DNA of 64,000 bases from Perkinsela sp. CCAP 1560/9 (lineage: Eukaryota; Protista; Euglenozoa: Kinetoplastea): NCBI GenBank assembly GCA_965644495.1, contig CBFFSA010000019.1:124001-188000 (forward strand), written 5' to 3'. A model generated the notes under the pieces. The model had not been told where the DNA came from and did no database searches. It was given only the letters and a program-made list of their open reading frames with translations. A program made the translations under genes and the position numbers. Numbering within the stretch: position 1 is the first letter of the stretch; every line of letters starts with the position of its first letter. Of the stretch, positions 33,281 through 45,329 are shown in pieces.

Positions 33281-33703
33281 ATTTGGAAATTAAAGGTGTT
33301 TTCAAGAAATTGTGAACACTCGTCTCTGCTCCCGGTGAGGCTCCGGAGTTGCGAGAGGCCTCCATACCCCACAACTACCACCTTCCTCCCTATTTAGCGT
33401 GGGTCGCGCGAGCGACCCCTGATAAAATGGGGGGAAGGTGGTAGTTGTTTTGGGGAATATGAGAGGCATAAGTACATGCGCGTGTATATAAAGGACGTAC
33501 ATTTATGGATAAGAATCGGATGTCTTTGTTACTGAGACAAACCTCAGATACGAGAGGAGAAAAGAAACGAAGCGGAGCTGTGGACGCGTTTATTGCAGAA
33601 GGTTATTGTTCAGAGGTATAATATCTTGGACGATTATTACGATGATCGCAATTTTGAAATTGAAATAGCAATTTTGGTGATATGATGCTGCCTATAAAGT
33701 CCG

Positions 33704-34721
33704 TCATTCTGATTCTTCCGACGTGTCTACTAAGAACCCGCTACGTACCTTCGGAGCAATGTTACCTCGAATGTTTTCGGCAAGCTCCTTTGGGCTGCTG
33801 TTCTGGAGAATTTCCATAGGTCGTTGGTTAATTGAATCACACAGAGTGGCTTGAGAAATGTCAGTGAAAACAACGCGCTTCGGGTAGAAATCGCGAACCA
33901 GACCATTGAAATGTTCTACCCCGCCCTTTTCCCAACTTGCGTAGGGCTTGCAAAAGAAAGATAAACAGCCTAATGCTTCATTCACTGCCTCGTGCTTCGC
34001 AAACTCGGAGCCGTTGTCATAGGTCAAAGTACGAACCTGATAACCTCGCAGTGCTTGGATAATTTCCTGCGCAACGAGATCCGACCTTTTGCAAGACAGC
34101 TTGCGAAGGATGCCAAACCGGCTTTTCCGTTCTACAAGACTGAGAAAAAAGCCGCTGTGCTTACTCCCTTCAATTAGGTCGCATTCCCAGTCTCCATACC
34201 GGGACTGACTCCGTACCGGTACCGACTGAATCGGGGCGTTCGCTAATATCCGTCCGGTTTGGTATTTTCAGACGATTCGTGCCACGACGTCGTCTGCCAC
34301 GACCTCCCCCCCGCCGAAGAAACTTGACCAAGTTCCCCGCTCTGTCTTCGCGTTTGATAAATCCGTAAATTGCTACACGTGACGGTTTTACGCCATCTTC
34401 CTTATATATTGCAGTCGCAATTTGTTGAGGGCTAAATCGCTTTTCCAGAAAGGAGAGAACTTTATGTCGCATTGAACCGGAAATCTTAAGCTTCTTCCCC
34501 TTGCGTTTTGTCATGGCTTTTTCACTCGTCCCTTGCGCACGCTTTGCACTGTACTCGCCGAGACGTGCGCCTCGCTTGAGCTCCCGGCTCACAGTAGCCT
34601 GGCTTACTCCCAGTTTTTCTGCTATTTCTTCTTGCGAGAAGACTTATTGATTATAGAACACTGCGATAGTTTCCCGGGCCTCGGTGTCTAAGCGTTTGGT
34701 TTTACGTTGGGAAACTGACAT
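33704..34721 (-). pseudogene. IS30-family transposase, disrupted
   Basis: IAEKLGVSQATVSRELKRG..Y.AKRAQ HTH, FSPQQIA, ISERP, GDWECDLI, LVERKSR, TYDNGSEF, PYASWEKGGVEHFNGLVRDFYPK; one stop and frameshifts. Confidence 0.85.
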
Positions 34722-34732
34722 TCTGGAGGTCA

Positions 34733-34937
34733 AACCCAGATTGAAAGGGGCGAGGGAGATACGAAGCAACAGGCGTGGCAGATTCCTACTGAAAAGAAAT
34801 GGTATCTCCCCGCACGAGAAAAGCCTTTGCGCTTGCTAGCTCGGAGACAAACTTCGTGCGGGAGATACCATTTCTTTTCAGTGGGAATCTGCCACGCCTG
34901 TTGCTTCGTATCTCCCTCGCCCCTTTCAATCTGGGTT
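34733..34937. repeat. 205-bp fold-back palindrome with nested inverted repeats
   Basis: AACCCAGATTGAAAGGGGCGAGGGAGATAC...GTATCTCCCTCGCCCCTTTCAATCTGGGTT; near-identical copy at 47439-47644. Confidence 0.9.
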
Positions 34938-34940
34938 ATA

Positions 34941-35950
34941 CGGCGGGCCGTTCGAGGCGGTGCAGACCCGCTGGCGCGGGTGGTGCTTTACCTCGTGACA
35001 AGTAATCTTGAAGGAAACAAGCTTCTGAAATCTTTTTTTTGAAGGGCCCGCCCGGCGGGCCCTTCGAGGCGGTGCAGACCCGCTGGCGCGGGTGGTGCTT
35101 TACCTCGTGACAAGTAATCTTGAAGGAAACAAGCTTCTGAAATCTTTTTTTTGAAGGGCCCGCCCGGCGGGCCCTTCGAGGCGGTGCAGACCCGCTGGCG
35201 CGGGGAGTGCTTTACCTCGTGGCAGGTAATCTTGAAGGAAACAAGCTTCTGAAATCTTTTTTTTGAAGGGCCCGCCCGGCGGGCCCTTCGAGGCGGTGCA
35301 GACCTGCTGGCGCGGGGAGTGCTTTACCTCGTGGCAGGAATCTTGAAGGAAACAAGCTTCTGAAATCTTTTTTTTGAAGGGCCCGCCCGGCGGGCCCTTC
35401 GAGGCGGTGCAGACCCGCTGGCGCGGGGAGTGCTTTACCTCGTGGCAGGTAATCTTGAAGGAAACAAGCTTCTGAAATCTTTTTTTTGAAGGGCCCGCCC
35501 GGCGGGCCCTTCGAGGCGGTGCAGACCCGCTGGCGCGGGGAATGCTTTACCTCGTGACAGGTAATCTTGAAGGAAACAAGCTTCTGAAATCTTTTTTTTG
35601 AAGGGCCCGCCCGGCGGGCCCTTCGAGGCGGTGCAGACCTGCTGGCGCGGGGAGTGCTTTACCTCGTGGCAGGTAATCTTGAAGGAAACAAGCTTCTGAA
35701 ATCTTTTTTTTGAAGGGCCCGCCCGGCGGGCCCTTCGAGGCGGTGCAGACCCGTTGGCGCGGGGAGTGCTTTACCTCGTGGCAGGTAATCTTGAAGGAAA
35801 CAAGCTTCTGAAATCTTTTTTTTGAAGGGCCCGCCCGGCGGGCCCTTCGAGGCGGTGCAGACCCGCTGGCGCGGGGAGTGCTTTACCTCGTGACAAGTAA
35901 TCTTGAAGGAAACAAGCTTCTGAAATCTTTTTTTTGAGGGGCCCGCCCGG
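34941..35950. repeat. 112-bp tandem array (~9 units), each with T8 and a GC-rich hairpin
   Basis: Unit starts at 34951, 35063, 35175, 35287, 35398, 35510, 35622, 35734 and 35846; GAAGGGCCCGC-CCG-GCGGGCCCTTC. Confidence 0.95.
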
Positions 35951-36274
35951 CTAACATTTTGCCTCTGGGAGGTCTATGTTCGATTCTACTTACGTCTTGT
36001 TTATGTTAAGCATTGAGCCGTTTATGTTGTACTTTAATAATGCAAAAGTGCACCTATGGGCACGTTCACTGGCTCAGTGAGACGGAACCGAGGTTCCCCC
36101 AACACTTACACCAGGTCGTGCATACGGAACATTTCGTTCGTTGACAGTTCTTTATGTATCTCTGCTTGGTTAGCGAACAGGCATTAAGCTCAGACGCCAC
36201 GTCAAGGCGAGAGATAATTGTCTGAGGACCTTCTTCTCACGAAGAAGGTATTCAAAATGAATGTGATTTTCGTA

Positions 36275-36845
36275 TCAATTTATTTTAGTTTTTTCAGGTA
36301 CGTATTTTTCATTGCCTTCCTTCTGCGTCATAAGTTTCACGAATTTCGAAACGTCGGCGTTGGGTCGCAAGTTTTCCAAGTAGCTAAAGCCTCCATCACT
36401 TCTTTCAGGGAGTAACCAAAGTTGACTCACACTTTTTACTCTTGAGAGGGCCACGTACACCGAGGCATGACATAACATCTTGCTGTGATAGCATGTTGGT
36501 CTGCGGTTCAAGTCTATGCAGACATTTTCTGTAAGAGTAGCTCCCTGTACTTTGTGAATGGTGTAAGAGAAGCCGCACCCAATTTCAAGCTCATCATCAA
36601 TATCACTTTTTCGAAATTCAGCCGAAAGATTTCCGTCTACTGTTGAGGCCGAGATGCCAGCTATTGAGAAGGCTGTGCAATCCAAAATTTTACCAGGCCT
36701 TCCATTTTCTTTAATGTATGAGCTTAATTCTTCTTTGGTCTTCTCGTTCTTTACAATGATTTCATCTTCAATCATTAGCGTACCATTCACTAGTCGCCTC
36801 TGCGGGCATAGGTTGACTAGGCACATCACGGGTTTCCCAGGAACA
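36275..36845 (-). pseudogene. PIF1-like SF1B helicase C-terminal fragment (Helitron-like)
   Basis: PVMCLVNL...LVNGT, YTIHKVQGATL, VCIDL, VYVALSRV. Confidence 0.75.
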
Positions 36846-36847
36846 GA

Positions 36848-38040
36848 AAGGCCAGCTGGCCACTTTTCGACGAAGCACAAACCGTGTTTTTGGTGGCCAG
36901 CTGGCCACCCTTCCACAACATGGCCAGCTGGCCACCCTTCCACAAATTGGCCACTTCTAAAACATGGTCACTTCCAAAACATGGCCACTTCCAAAACATG
37001 GTCACTTCCACAACATGGCCAGCTGGCCACTCTTCCACAACACTCTCCCACCCCCGTGGGACTCACTCAGTGGACTCACTCAACGTGAGTCACTGCCCCA
37101 CGTGGCAGTGCTCTGACTCTCTCACGTGCCACTGTAGGTACAGTGCCGATGCAGTCACTACCTTACGTGGCAGTACTCTCACTCTCTCACGTGCTACTGC
37201 AGCTGCACTGCATCACTGCAGTCACTGCCTCACGTGGCATTGCCTCTCACTCTGCCACTGTATCTACACTGCAGTCACTGCCTCACGTGGCAGTACTCTC
37301 ACTCTCTCACGTGCTACTGCAGCTACACTGCAGTCACTGCCTCACGTGGCACTACTCTTACTCTCGCACGTGCCACTGCAGCTACACTGCATCACTGCCT
37401 CACGGGGCACTGCTCTCACTCTCTCACGTGCCACTGTAGGTACAGTGCCGATGCAGTCACTGCCTCACGTGGCAGTACTCTCACTCTCTCACGTGCTACT
37501 GCAGCTGCACTGCATCACTGCAGTCACTGCCTCACGTGGCACTGCCTGTCACTCTGCCACTGTATCTACACTGCAATCACTGCCTCACGTGGCAGCACAC
37601 TTACTCTCTCACGTGCTACTGCAGCTGCACTGCATCACTGCAGTCACTGCCTCACGTGGCAGTAATCTTACTCTCTCACGTGCCACTGTAGCTACACTGC
37701 AGTCACTGACTCTCTCACATTCCACTGTATCTACACTGCATTCACTGCCTCACGTGGCAGTAATCTTACTCTCGCACGTGCCGCTGCAGCTGCGCTGCAG
37801 TCACTGACTCTCTCACATTCCACTGTATCTACACTGCATTCACTGCCTCACGTGGCAGTAATCTTACTCTCGCACGTGCCGCTGCAGTTGCGCTGCATCA
37901 CTGCAGTCACTGCCTCACATAGCAGTGCACTTACTCTGGCACGTGCCACTGCAGCTGCACTGCATCACTGTGCAATCACTGCCTCACGTGGCACTGCTTT
38001 CACTCTCTCAAGGTCCACTGTAGCTACACACTGTACCACT
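36848..38040. repeat. GGCCAGCTGGCC repeats followed by a complex CACTGCCTCACGTGGCAGT minisatellite
   Basis: Visible degenerate tandem units; the ORFs here are repeat translations. Confidence 0.85.
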
Positions 38041-38202
38041 CGGACCTGCACATTATTTTGCTCTCTATACGTATACGAAATGCAAACCGTATTTTTGGTG
38101 GCCAGTTGGCCACTTTTTTCAAGAAAAAAAAATCTGAAAAAATAAATCGTTCCGAATTTGTTTTTTTCGCGATTTTGAGCATATAAATTTTTTTGTTCAA
38201 AA

Positions 38203-38278
38203 ATGTCGATGCCGGGAATCGAACCGCGGACATCCAGCGTCAAAATGGAACCCCTTTACCAACTGGAGTACTCAAAGG
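38203..38278 (-). pseudogene. tRNA-like element (A box, B box, TTTT)
   Basis: TACTCCAGTTGGTAAAGGGG...GGTTCGATTCCCGG...TTTT; acceptor and T stems pair poorly. Confidence 0.5.
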
Positions 38279-38457
38279 ACTATCCTTAGTCAACCAGTTT
38301 GTCGTATCGCAGACCTTTGCAGACGCACTTTTTTTTACCAAAAGTGTTCTACAATTTGGGAAATGAGGTCGTTGTAGATGATTTTTCGAGTATTAAAGAG
38401 TTCATCTAATGAGCTACTGCTACGTTTTAAAATTTTGAAAAAACTCGATCTCTCGCT

Positions 38458-38836
38458 TCTTTGAGGGGCATTTTCAAGTTTTGGAATTAACCTTAGTAAG
38501 CGAGTTAGATACTCCGTATCTCCCTCAATATAGTCAACACCTCTACATTATGCAGACCAGACCCTCTAACCCCAAACAGGGGGAGTACGTACAAGGATGG
38601 AATGACAAAAGAGAAGACAATCCCCCAATATCCCACAAAGGAACCGTAGCATTACCTCTTTGCGAGAGAAAAGAAATAATAAAGCAACACAAAAAGGGAT
38701 TAAGCATACATAAATTATCTAATAATTTCGGACGTGACCGTCGCACCATAAGAAGAATTGTTGTCTTTGAGGGGCATTTTCAAGTTTTGGAATTAACCTT
38801 AGTAAGCGAGTTAGATACTCCGTATCTCCCTCAATA
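38458..38836 (+). mobile_element. HTH transposase 5' fragment between ~70-bp direct repeats
   Basis: ERKEIIKQHKKGLSIHKLSNNFGRDRRTIRRIV; CTTTGAGGGGCATTTTCAAG...CCCTCAATA occurs twice. Confidence 0.5.
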
Positions 38837-38848
38837 AAATTCTGAAGG

Positions 38849-39068
38849 TCAATGTGCTATATGCATTATCAATGTGCTATATGCATTATCAATGTGCTAT
38901 ATGCATTATCAATGTGCTATATGCATTATCAATGTGCTATATGCATTATCATTGTGCTATATGCATTATCAATGTGATATATGCATTATCAATGTGCTGT
39001 ATGCATTATCAATGGGCCGCTTAATATGCATTATCAATGTGCCTCTTAGTATGCATTATCAATGTGCT
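38849..39068 (-). repeat. 20-bp minisatellite, inverted relative to 33028-33280
   Basis: (ATGCATTATCAATGTGCTAT)n. Confidence 0.9.
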
Positions 39069-39169
39069 GGCGCCAGAGCCTAAAAAAGAAAATTTGGTCA
39101 GGAAAGCTGAAGAAAACGGAAAGATTATAGCCAAAAATAGCCCGGGTAAAAATGGGGTCAATTTTAGCT

Positions 39170-42100
39170 TCAACAACCATGGCCGTTCAACCTTTAGGAT
39201 TCAACTACCATGGCCGTAAAAAGTAATTCCGCTTCCTCCGCTTCCTGGCATTGTTTATCCTACGTTGTTGAGTAGTGTTCAGCAAAAGATCCCGCAGCCA
39301 CCCAGCTAGCATTCCGGACAGAGTCCAAATACTTTAGTTGCTGTGCGTGGGTGACTGCGAAGTCTAACACCATGCCACTTCCCAGGGTGCAATTCGGGAG
39401 AAACACGTCAGCTGGTCTGGTGAGACCCCCTCCTGGACCACGATTTCCCAGGCTTTTCTCCCTTTGCGGAGCCATGTCGGCTTTTCTGCAAAATGCTGTG
39501 AATTGCTCACAGACCGCGTTGTGACGGGTGGTGAGGCCATGCCCGTTCTTACATAACAATGCATGTTCCCCATTTTTCTGCAGAGGTAATGCGCATCCCT
39601 TCGCTGGGCAAGGACGATCTTCTTGATAGATGTCGGATCCCAGCCACCAGCGGGACAACGTGCGGAACTCTGTTGGTGTGAAGGCGTATCCTTTGCTCCT
39701 AGAAGGCGTCACGAAATCCCAGCGACCTGCTCCCTTACCCGACTCTGAAACCCACCGTGCGCCAGTGCGAGGGTCAGCCTGCTCGTATGCTGTGGTAAAT
39801 TTCTGCTGTGAGATAGCCTGGCTGAGTTGCTGCTGTCGAGGGATGACCATCTCCGGCGCGGTTGCCCTGTCCGCTTCCATATTGTTTTGAGTGCTCCGTG
39901 GGCGTTTCCTTTTCGGGAGGAAGTTGTGATGGTGGCCTGAGTATGGGGGTGGCTTGTCCTGCTTGAGTGTGCGCCCCGTGCTGTGATCCACTAGCGCTAC
40001 TCCTGCTTTACGGTTTACGTCTTGTACCGAAATGGCGAATCCATCAGCCTCTGTAGGATCCCAGTCGTCTATGTCGGCGGCGTGCGCGACGGAAGAAACG
40101 TAAGCGGCTGTCGCATGGAGTGTTGCAGACCTAAGGCCGAAACCTCCGTGGCGGTTCCTTCGTTGGATTTGGTCACGTGCGTGGGGTTCCAGGGGGAAAA
40201 GTGTCCACTCGACAGCTTTAAGAACGGTTTCGTCTAGTAGGCTACAAAGTTAAAAAAGAGCCCGTGGGGGTGTGGTGTGGAGAGCGTACACCATTTGGCA
40301 GAAACCAGTGCACTGGCGGATGAGGGCGATGGCGACTTGTGGATCGCCTATTAGCCCTATTGCTGCGAGAGTCTCGCGTGCGGGTTCAATGGCGTGAGAC
40401 ATTAGGAACTCCGCGCAGTGCTCCGCAGACCCAATCGGGGATCCGAGAATATCGAAATTCCCATCAACACGAATTTTGGCGGTGGGTATTTCCGGAAATA
40501 AAGTTGTGTGATGGGCTGAGGCAGGTGGCGTTATTATTTCACACTTGTTCTGATTCAGAAATAGCCCGCATTGTGAATCAACCTCGGAAAAAACATCAAG
40601 CGCCTTTCGAACCTCCGCCGCCTCCCCCATGAGAACTCCGTCGTCCATGTATGACGTCGTCCATGTATGAACTCCGTCGTCCATGTTCCTTCTGGCGTTG
40701 TTGAACGCATTTCTGAGGTCCACCTTACAGAAAACAAGACTGTCGCTCCCCTAGTTGTTTAGCATTGTTTTCCGGCACAGATGAATTACTCGTTCGGCCC
40801 CCGCGGATGCAACCACACCATACTGTCTTCCCCGGAATAAAATTTCAGCCTTCTCCTTTACGGCGACGCATGCCGCTTTGCTTACTAGACGTCTGAGGGT
40901 TTCGCCCGCTTCTATGGGTCGGACATCTTCTTCACCTTTCTCCAGAGCGCAGAGATGGGCTCCTGCGTAGAACAGTTGTACCTCTGGCGGTGCCTTTCCT
41001 TGGAGCATGTGGTTCACGAGGCGAGTGAGGGCCGAAAGAGGACCCACCTTCTTGTCGGCGTGTTCCAAAATGGCAGCCTGGATATGTTCTGGACGTAGAC
41101 CCATTGTTCCGGCAGAAGACCCTCTGCGAAAACTTTCGACCGCTTTCCAGACTTCCACTTCCTCCAGACGCAGGGGATTACCCCCAATCGGTGGAAGATC
41201 GTTCTCAAGAGGGTTTTCGTGAGGATTTGGGTGCTTTTCTAGAAGCTTCGCAAGAGTCTCCTCGTTGTCCGGCGCCATGGATGCTGCGGTTAGAGCGGCT
41301 AGTCCCCTAGAGTATTCCCCTCGACGTGACAGTATTTCTGCCCTGATTGCCGCTCTTTCTTCTTCGTTTTCGGAATTTCTAGGCTTGGAGCGTTTTTTGG
41401 CGTGATCTTTCAGGGCCTGTTCCCAGAGTAAGAGGTACTCTCCTGCCAACCAAAGCTCCATGTTTTTTTCCACATGTGTAGAATATGACATACGAATATG
41501 TCTATGTCCTTTGCGTCCGCCTCGGTAAGGTGCAGGTAAGACGCATTTAGGGAGCATTGCGAGCAACGTCCATGCCTCCACCGTGTTTTCTTGAACAGCA
41601 GAAGTAAAGACTTGTGTCAAAATGCTCGCCCACAGGAATGTGGGACGTCTTTACATGTACTTATGGGCAGTGCCCACACAGAGCTTAGCGTTGGGAGCAG
41701 GTTTTCCGGAGGAACATCCGCTGCGTTTCTAGGACATGTCGTTGGCCTAGGCGGGGTTGGAGATCTGACATGGAGGTTGTGGCCTTTGCAGTGCTTGGGG
41801 TGAGACTTTTCCTTGTTTTTGTCGTAGTGCCTGCCGCAATCCTTGCAGAGAAATCTTCCATCTCTCTCCCACCCGTCTGTGGGTACGCTTTCGCCGTGTC
41901 GGTGGGCCACATGGTTGTAACACGCTTGCCATTGTCCACCATGTGGAGGCGTCTTCCAAGAGCATCCTTCCGCTGGACATACTCGTTGCGTGCTGTGTTG
42001 TAGAGACGGTAACGGGTTTGCGTTCTTGCGCTTGTTTGGAGAAGAAATTTTCGCGCCAGAGACCTCCGGCGGGTTTCCTGCGCTCGCATCCACAACGCGA

Positions 42101-42461
42101 GAGTGATTGGTCTCTTCATCATCCGTCACTCTCCCCGTGTCCGGTGTGGGATTCTCTCCAGCGAACTTGACGGCTCTTTCTGCCCAGTGTTTCGGTATGT
42201 TCTTGGGAATAGGTGTCGTGTATAAAAGTTCATTGTAGGAGCTCTGTCCAGAGATTAAGTGTGCGTTACCTGCAAATTGGTCCCAATCACCCGTGTTGTG
42301 AGAAATCTCTTCCTGGCGGAAAGAGTCGTCGTCCATGGGCAATGCATTCACGTCGAAAAGATCGTCTTGTGGCATGATTATACCCTCCTCCTGGGGAAAA
42401 AAGTGGGATAATTAAAATGTTGTCAACAAGGTACAGAAACTGTATCTTCATCGTTAAAGTT
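39170..42461 (-). mobile_element. Decayed CRE-clade retrotransposon related to 27761-32160
   Basis: Collinear ORF fragments (41617-42375, 40751-41620, 40250-40723, 39260-39991); stops, frameshifts, RT core deleted, 3' truncated; SL at 42424-42461. Confidence 0.9.
42424..42461 (-). other. Most complete spliced-leader exon copy
   Basis: AACTTTAACGATGAAGATACAGTTTCTGTACCTTGTTG (38 nt). Confidence 0.85.
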
Positions 42462-43077
42462 TTTTATTTTTATTTTTTTCTTGTTTCTTTTAGCCATTCA
42501 GGTTGAGCCCTGAGTCCCTGAGCTATACAAATATTATAAAAATCCCTCGTAGTCCGATGCGCAACTATCGGAACTGAGTTCCTCAAATTCTTCGGGAACG
42601 GGAAACCCGTAGTTATCATTAATGCACTTCATTATATTCACGAAGCGACTCTGCCAAGACTGCTCGCGGCCATTATGTGTATCCCCATACTTTACACACT
42701 GGAGCGCGACGTTTCGCTGCAACTCCAACGTTGTTGCCCCAAAATTATAGTGTTAGAGTCTTGTTGTTGTTGTTGCCACAGCCCGTTTACCTGCGTCAGG
42801 TGTGGGCTCCTACTTCCCGCGTAGATCGCGGTGCAGATGATGATACTCGAAGCATCAGTATCGACGTGAGAGGAGAGTTCGACCAGCTCTCTTCCATCAC
42901 CAGAACGGCAATGGGCCCTCGACCACAGAAGATACGTACCTGACTTTATCTTCCTCTAGAGAAAGCCAATAAATAATACAATGGTGCTGTCAACCTTTCA
43001 GGAATTGCTTCCCTACAGATTGTTGGTCGCGCACCAAGGAGCTCAAGGAGGTGAGGTTCGCTGGGCCCTAACATCGC

Positions 43078-44304
43078 CTAACTTGGCGATGCCCCTGACC
43101 TAGTTATCACGGCAATATTGACTTTATGACGTATGACCTGGGGGAAAAGGCTCTTTTCGTTTCCTTCGTTTATTGCTGTATCTATTCTCTTCTTTATATT
43201 GTAAATCTTTATAATCTTGTCTTTCCATGCTTTTCCATTTTGCGCTTGAGTTTTCCATATAATTGGGTTTAGTCCAGCTCTTTCTGTGGAGCCTCTTATC
43301 GCCTGGTCCGCTGTTTTATATCCAGCTCTTGGAATCCTTCCTTCATATGACCCAAAGAGGATTCGGTTAGGGAACCTTTCTGGGCCCATACGAGCCACGT
43401 GACCTGAGAATGATAGTATTCTTACGTCTATTCGAACTTGCAAGGGTGGCACGTGCGCAATGCGTAAAATTTCCTCGTGCGATTTTCCGTGAAAATTTTG
43501 GTTGGCAGTTGGTTCCTTGCTTGGTGTAAACATCTTGTTCGTTTCCGTTTCTCCTTCCCAGGTCCTTATTTGGAAAGCTTGTTGTATCAGTTGGACGTAG
43601 GCCTGAGTTATCCTTGTAAACTGCATTGGTGCAAGCTGCCAAATTGAGCATCCGTATATAAGGTGTGGGACGACATAGGCTTCAAACACCTTTGCCTTTG
43701 GCCATCTCGAAAGTGCTTTATTTTTCCACACTGCTTTCGAGACCTGTAGAGCGTTAAAGGCGCTTCTTATTCTGTTATTAACTTCTTTTTCCAGTGACGT
43801 ATCCTCTTGGATATACGATCCCAAATATTTGAAGCTGCTTACTTGCTCTATTCCGACTCCATTCAGAAATATATCTACGGTGTGATACGTTTTTGAGTCA
43901 AAGAGTTGAATTACTTGACACTTCGTTTTTCCGCAATTCATCTGCATGCCCCAGTGGCTCGTGGTACTTGACACGTTTTCTAAAACCTCCTGTAATTCTG
44001 ATGCGCTGTCTGACCAGATGGTCAGATCGTCGGCATACGCCAGTATACCAATCTTGTCTTCCCCTTTCACCTGGTCGCCCCGGTGTGTTCCGTAATAGAG
44101 TAGTTCCGACTCCGAAGAATATTCGGCGTGGAAAAATCGATGAAAAGGCTTCAATGTCGCCAATCCGTAAATAGCCCGCGCCAAGTCATTTCTAGATGGA
44201 GAGTTGAAGGCATTCTTAACATCAATGGATAATATGCAAGAGCCACCTCGATATTTCGCATTCAATTCGTGTACCACCCGTTTGCAGCCTCCTTTTGAAA
44301 GCAC
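43078..44304 (-). mobile_element. Non-LTR reverse transcriptase remnant (CRE-like N-part joined to RTE-like C-part)
   Basis: GGCKRVVH, IDVKNAFNS, then AYADD, N..KTK, FKYLGS, RI.SA..A, L.YGC..W, F.GHVARM...R.P. Confidence 0.75.
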
Positions 44305-44699
44305 GCCCTGTTGGATTGGTGTGAATAGTGGTTGTAATGTGTTTTCGAATTCCGAAATATTGTAAACTTACTTTTCCTTTTCCTGCCCTTCCTCGCACAC
44401 TCTTCACTGTTCCTTTTGAGACGTTCAACTGATCTTGATCTCACCGGTTGAGACACGAATAAAGACTGTTTGGGGGTGTTTAGCGTGTGCGATGTCATTA
44501 GCTTTTGTCTCACTGGTTGAGACACGAATAGAGACTCTTTAGGGGTGCTTGTGCTCACAGCTACATATCGGACACCGTTCCATACAAATCTGGGAGATAA
44601 ACGAGTAGAATAGCCTGTGAAATTCGCTCGCAGTCTCTTCGATGCCGGAGCACGAGTGGTTGTTGGGGTGGGGAACAATCCGTAGTGGATGGTTCGTCT

Positions 44700-45296
44700 T
44701 TCGGCACGACCGTACGGGGTCTTCGCGCCGCCACTCGCCACCCCCCGACGAAAATCCTGCTGCGAACGGGGACAATTCGCACGTATGTGGCCTGGCATAC
44801 GACAATTATAACAGACAGGAGGCTGAGCCGGTAGCACCCGTCGTGATTGTTTACTTGTCTCTTCGAGCATAAACTTACCATAAGTATCATCAGGGTTTTG
44901 GACCTGGTGCAAACGTTGTTGGACCTTTTCGACGGGAGCGCCGGCTGCCGCCTAGTAATGATTGCAAAGTTCCTGAATAACTATCTTAGCGATGTTGTAA
45001 AAATTCTCATCAGTCCATTCAGCAAGCTTACGCGCGGCATAGGTCCATTGGATCAACATCTCAAAAAGCCTTTCGCGAACAAGGGGAGGATTGAAACGGA
45101 CACCGAATTCCTTATACTCGCGAAGCTCGCGTACTAACTCACGTGGTTTGAATTCATCTAGAGCCTCGATCCAAGTCCCCCATGTTTTCGGTTCGATAGG
45201 AGAAAAGTTCTTTGGGTCCGATAAGGATAAGCGATCCAAGGAAGGAAGTCGTTCGACCCGTGCACCGCCCGGCATCCGGGCTTGAACCTTGGCCAA
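44700..45296 (-). mobile_element. Gag-like fragment with CCHC zinc knuckle
   Basis: CYNCRMPGHIRANCP upstream of the RT remnant. Confidence 0.55.
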
Positions 45297-45329
45297 GGCA
45301 AGCGAATAGTAATCTATGTCTGAAAATGG

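Noticed and set aside
34941-35950. CRISPR array, 5S rRNA array or SL RNA gene array
   Set aside because: No unique spacers and no cas genes; the unit does not resemble 5S rRNA and lacks the SL exon.
33704-36943. TnpB/Fanzor RNA-guided nuclease next to the IS30 gene and array
   Set aside because: No RuvC or zinc-ribbon motifs recognised in any frame here.
36884-38145. Long His/Cys/Thr-rich ORFs
   Set aside because: Translations of a minisatellite.
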